A stretch of 32,000 nucleotides of DNA from Bacillus subtilis subsp. subtilis str. 168 (GTDB lineage Bacteria; Bacillota; Bacilli; Bacillales; Bacillaceae), in NCBI RefSeq assembly GCF_000009045.1, contig NC_000964.3, forward strand, positions 240,001 to 272,000, given 5' to 3'. Positions 30,313 through 32,000 of the stretch are shown piece by piece. Both the position numbers and the translations under genes were made by a program. Position 1 is the stretch's first letter. The number at the start of each line of letters is the position of its first letter. Below the pieces are notes generated by a model. It was not told the origin of the DNA. It saw only the letters and a program-made list of their open reading frames with translations, and did no database searches.

Positions 30313-30395
30313 TGGTGCTGGAAAGAGGCGTGCGTCTCTTTCCCGGTTTATCACAACCAGCATATGATTCTCTACTTTGAAAAGGAGAAGATACT

Positions 30396-31763
30396 ATGAA
30401 AAAAGACTTTGCGAGTGTTACTCCGGCGGGCAAAAAAACGTCCGTGCGCTGGTTCATCGTGTTTATGCTGTTTCTTGTGACCTCTATTAACTACGCGGAT
30501 CGAGCGACGCTTTCCATCACCGGAGATTCCGTCCAGCACGATTTGGGATTGGACTCGGTCGCCATGGGATATGTCTTTTCTGCCTTTGGCTGGGCCTATG
30601 TCATCGGACAGCTTCCGGGCGGCTGGCTGCTGGACCGTTTTGGTTCAAAGACTATCATTGCGTTAAGCATCTTTTTCTGGTCGTTTTTTACGTTGCTGCA
30701 AGGGGCGATTGGCTTTTTCTCCGCCGGCACAGCGATTATCCTGCTGTTTGCACTGCGTTTTCTGGTTGGTTTATCAGAAGCGCCTTCATTTCCCGGAAAC
30801 GGCAGAGTTGTTGCCTCATGGTTTCCAAGCTCCGAGCGCGGGACAGCTTCAGCCTTTTTTAATTCAGCACAATACTTCGCAATCGTCATTTTTTCTCCTT
30901 TAATGGGCTGGCTTACCCACTCTTTCGGCTGGCATTCCGTTTTCGTTGTCATGGGTATTGCAGGCATTCTTCTGGCTGTCATCTGGCTAAAAACGGTGTA
31001 TGAACCGAAAAAACATCCGAAGGTTAATGAAGCTGAGCTTGCGTACATCGAACAGGGCGGCGGGCTGATTTCCATGGATGACAGTAAAAGCAAACAAGAA
31101 ACAGAATCGAAATGGCCGTATATCAAACAGCTGTTAACGAACCGCATGCTGATTGGCGTGTACATCGCGCAATACTGTATTACGACTCTCACCTATTTCT
31201 TTCTCACATGGTTTCCGGTATATTTGGTTCAGGCCCGCGGCATGTCTATTCTTGAAGCTGGGTTTGTCGCTTCCCTGCCGGCGCTGTGCGGATTTGCCGG
31301 CGGCGTGCTTGGGGGCATTGTGTCAGACATCTTACTCAAAAAAGGCCGTTCACTGACCTTTGCAAGAAAAGTGCCAATCATTGCCGGCATGCTGCTGTCT
31401 TGCAGTATGATTGTCTGTAACTACACAGATTCAGCATGGCTCGTCGTTGTCATTATGTCGCTCGCGTTTTTCGGAAAAGGCTTCGGCGCATTGGGTTGGG
31501 CTGTCGTGTCGGACACGTCTCCGAAAGAATGTGCAGGATTAAGCGGCGGTTTGTTCAACACTTTCGGGAATATTGCCTCAATTACAACACCGATTATTAT
31601 CGGATACATTGTCAATGCCACTGGATCTTTCAATGGCGCGCTTGTGTTTGTCGGCGCTAACGCGATTGCGGCGATCCTCAGCTATTTGCTGCTGGTCGGG
31701 CCGATCAAACGGGTCGTGTTAAAGAAACAAGAACAAGACCCCGATCAATCGTTGCCTGTCTAA
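30396..31763 (+). CDS. gudP: Glucarate/galactarate transporter, MFS
   Basis: 455 aa, 12 TM; NYADRATLSI and GGWLLDRFGSK anion:cation symporter motifs (YcbE). Confidence 0.9.
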   Translation: MKKDFASVTPAGKKTSVRWFIVFMLFLVTSINYADRATLSITGDSVQHDLGLDSVAMGYVFSAFGWAYVIGQLPGGWLLDRFGSKTIIALSIFFWSFFTLLQGAIGFFSAGTAIILLFALRFLVGLSEAPSFPGNGRVVASWFPSSERGTASAFFNSAQYFAIVIFSPLMGWLTHSFGWHSVFVVMGIAGILLAVIWLKTVYEPKKHPKVNEAELAYIEQGGGLISMDDSKSKQETESKWPYIKQLLTNRMLIGVYIAQYCITTLTYFFLTWFPVYLVQARGMSILEAGFVASLPALCGFAGGVLGGIVSDILLKKGRSLTFARKVPIIAGMLLSCSMIVCNYTDSAWLVVVIMSLAFFGKGFGALGWAVVSDTSPKECAGLSGGLFNTFGNIASITTPIIIGYIVNATGSFNGALVFVGANAIAAILSYLLLVGPIKRVVLKKQEQDPDQSLPV

Positions 31764-31769
31764 TATTTA

Positions 31770-31783
31770 TGAAAGCGCTTTAT
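31770..31783 (+). promoter_or_regulatory. cre-like site between gudP and gudD
   Basis: TGAAAGCGCTTTAT, 12/14 match with perfect AAAGCGCTTT core. Confidence 0.45.
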
Positions 31784-31799
31784 AAAGGGAGGAAAATGC

Positions 31800-32000
31800 A
31801 TGAGTTCACCGATACAAGAGCAGGTTCAAAAAGAAAAAAGATCGAATATTCCCTCAATTTCTGAAATGAAGGTGATTCCTGTTGCGGGACATGACAGCAT
31901 GCTGCTGAATCTAAGCGGAGCACACAGCCCGTTTTTTACCCGGAATATCGTAATCTTAACAGACAGCAGCGGAAATCAGGGAGTCGGCGAGGTGCCTGGC
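31800..32000 (+). CDS. gudD: Glucarate dehydratase, N-terminal part only
   Basis: ATG 31800 behind GGGAGG; [67 protein letters not shown], open at window edge. Confidence 0.88.
   Translation, partial: MSSPIQEQVQKEKRSNIPSISEMKVIPVAGHDSMLLNLSGAHSPFFTRNIVILTDSSGNQGVGEVPG

Noticed and set aside
30596-31192. 198-aa minus-strand ORF opposite gudP
   Set aside because: Long, but antisense to conserved MFS transporter codons with no initiation signal

Overview
The whole window reads as an ordinary Bacillus subtilis chromosomal segment. Gene order and protein sequences match my recollection of ybfG through gudD (ycbF). There is no CRISPR array, rRNA, tRNA, transposon, prophage or defence island that I can support. 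Contents left to right: ybfG (partial, PG-binding + DUF1906), ybfH-ybfI, purT, mpr-ybfJ, ybfK, the phosphatidylethanolamine operon pssA-ybfM-psd, ybfN, ybfO, ybfP, trhO (ybfQ), gltP, gamP-gamA / gamR-ybgB, ilvK (ybgE), ybgF, mmuM (ybgG), glnT-glsA1 / glnK-glnL, and the glucarate operon kdgD-gucD-gudP-gudD (partial). The interest is mostly regulatory: a promoter plus terminator-like hairpin leader ahead of ybgF (possible attenuator), a 14/14 cre match upstream of gltP, two cre-like sites in the glucarate operon with a small well-initiated ORF over one of them, an exact TTTTGT-N4-TTTTGT repeat at glsA/glnK, a CodY box at ilvK, ECF-sigma promoters at pssA and ybfO, and a perfect unexplained inverted repeat between ybfI and purT. 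I did not find a convincing new biological system. All names come from recognition of the sequences, not from a search.
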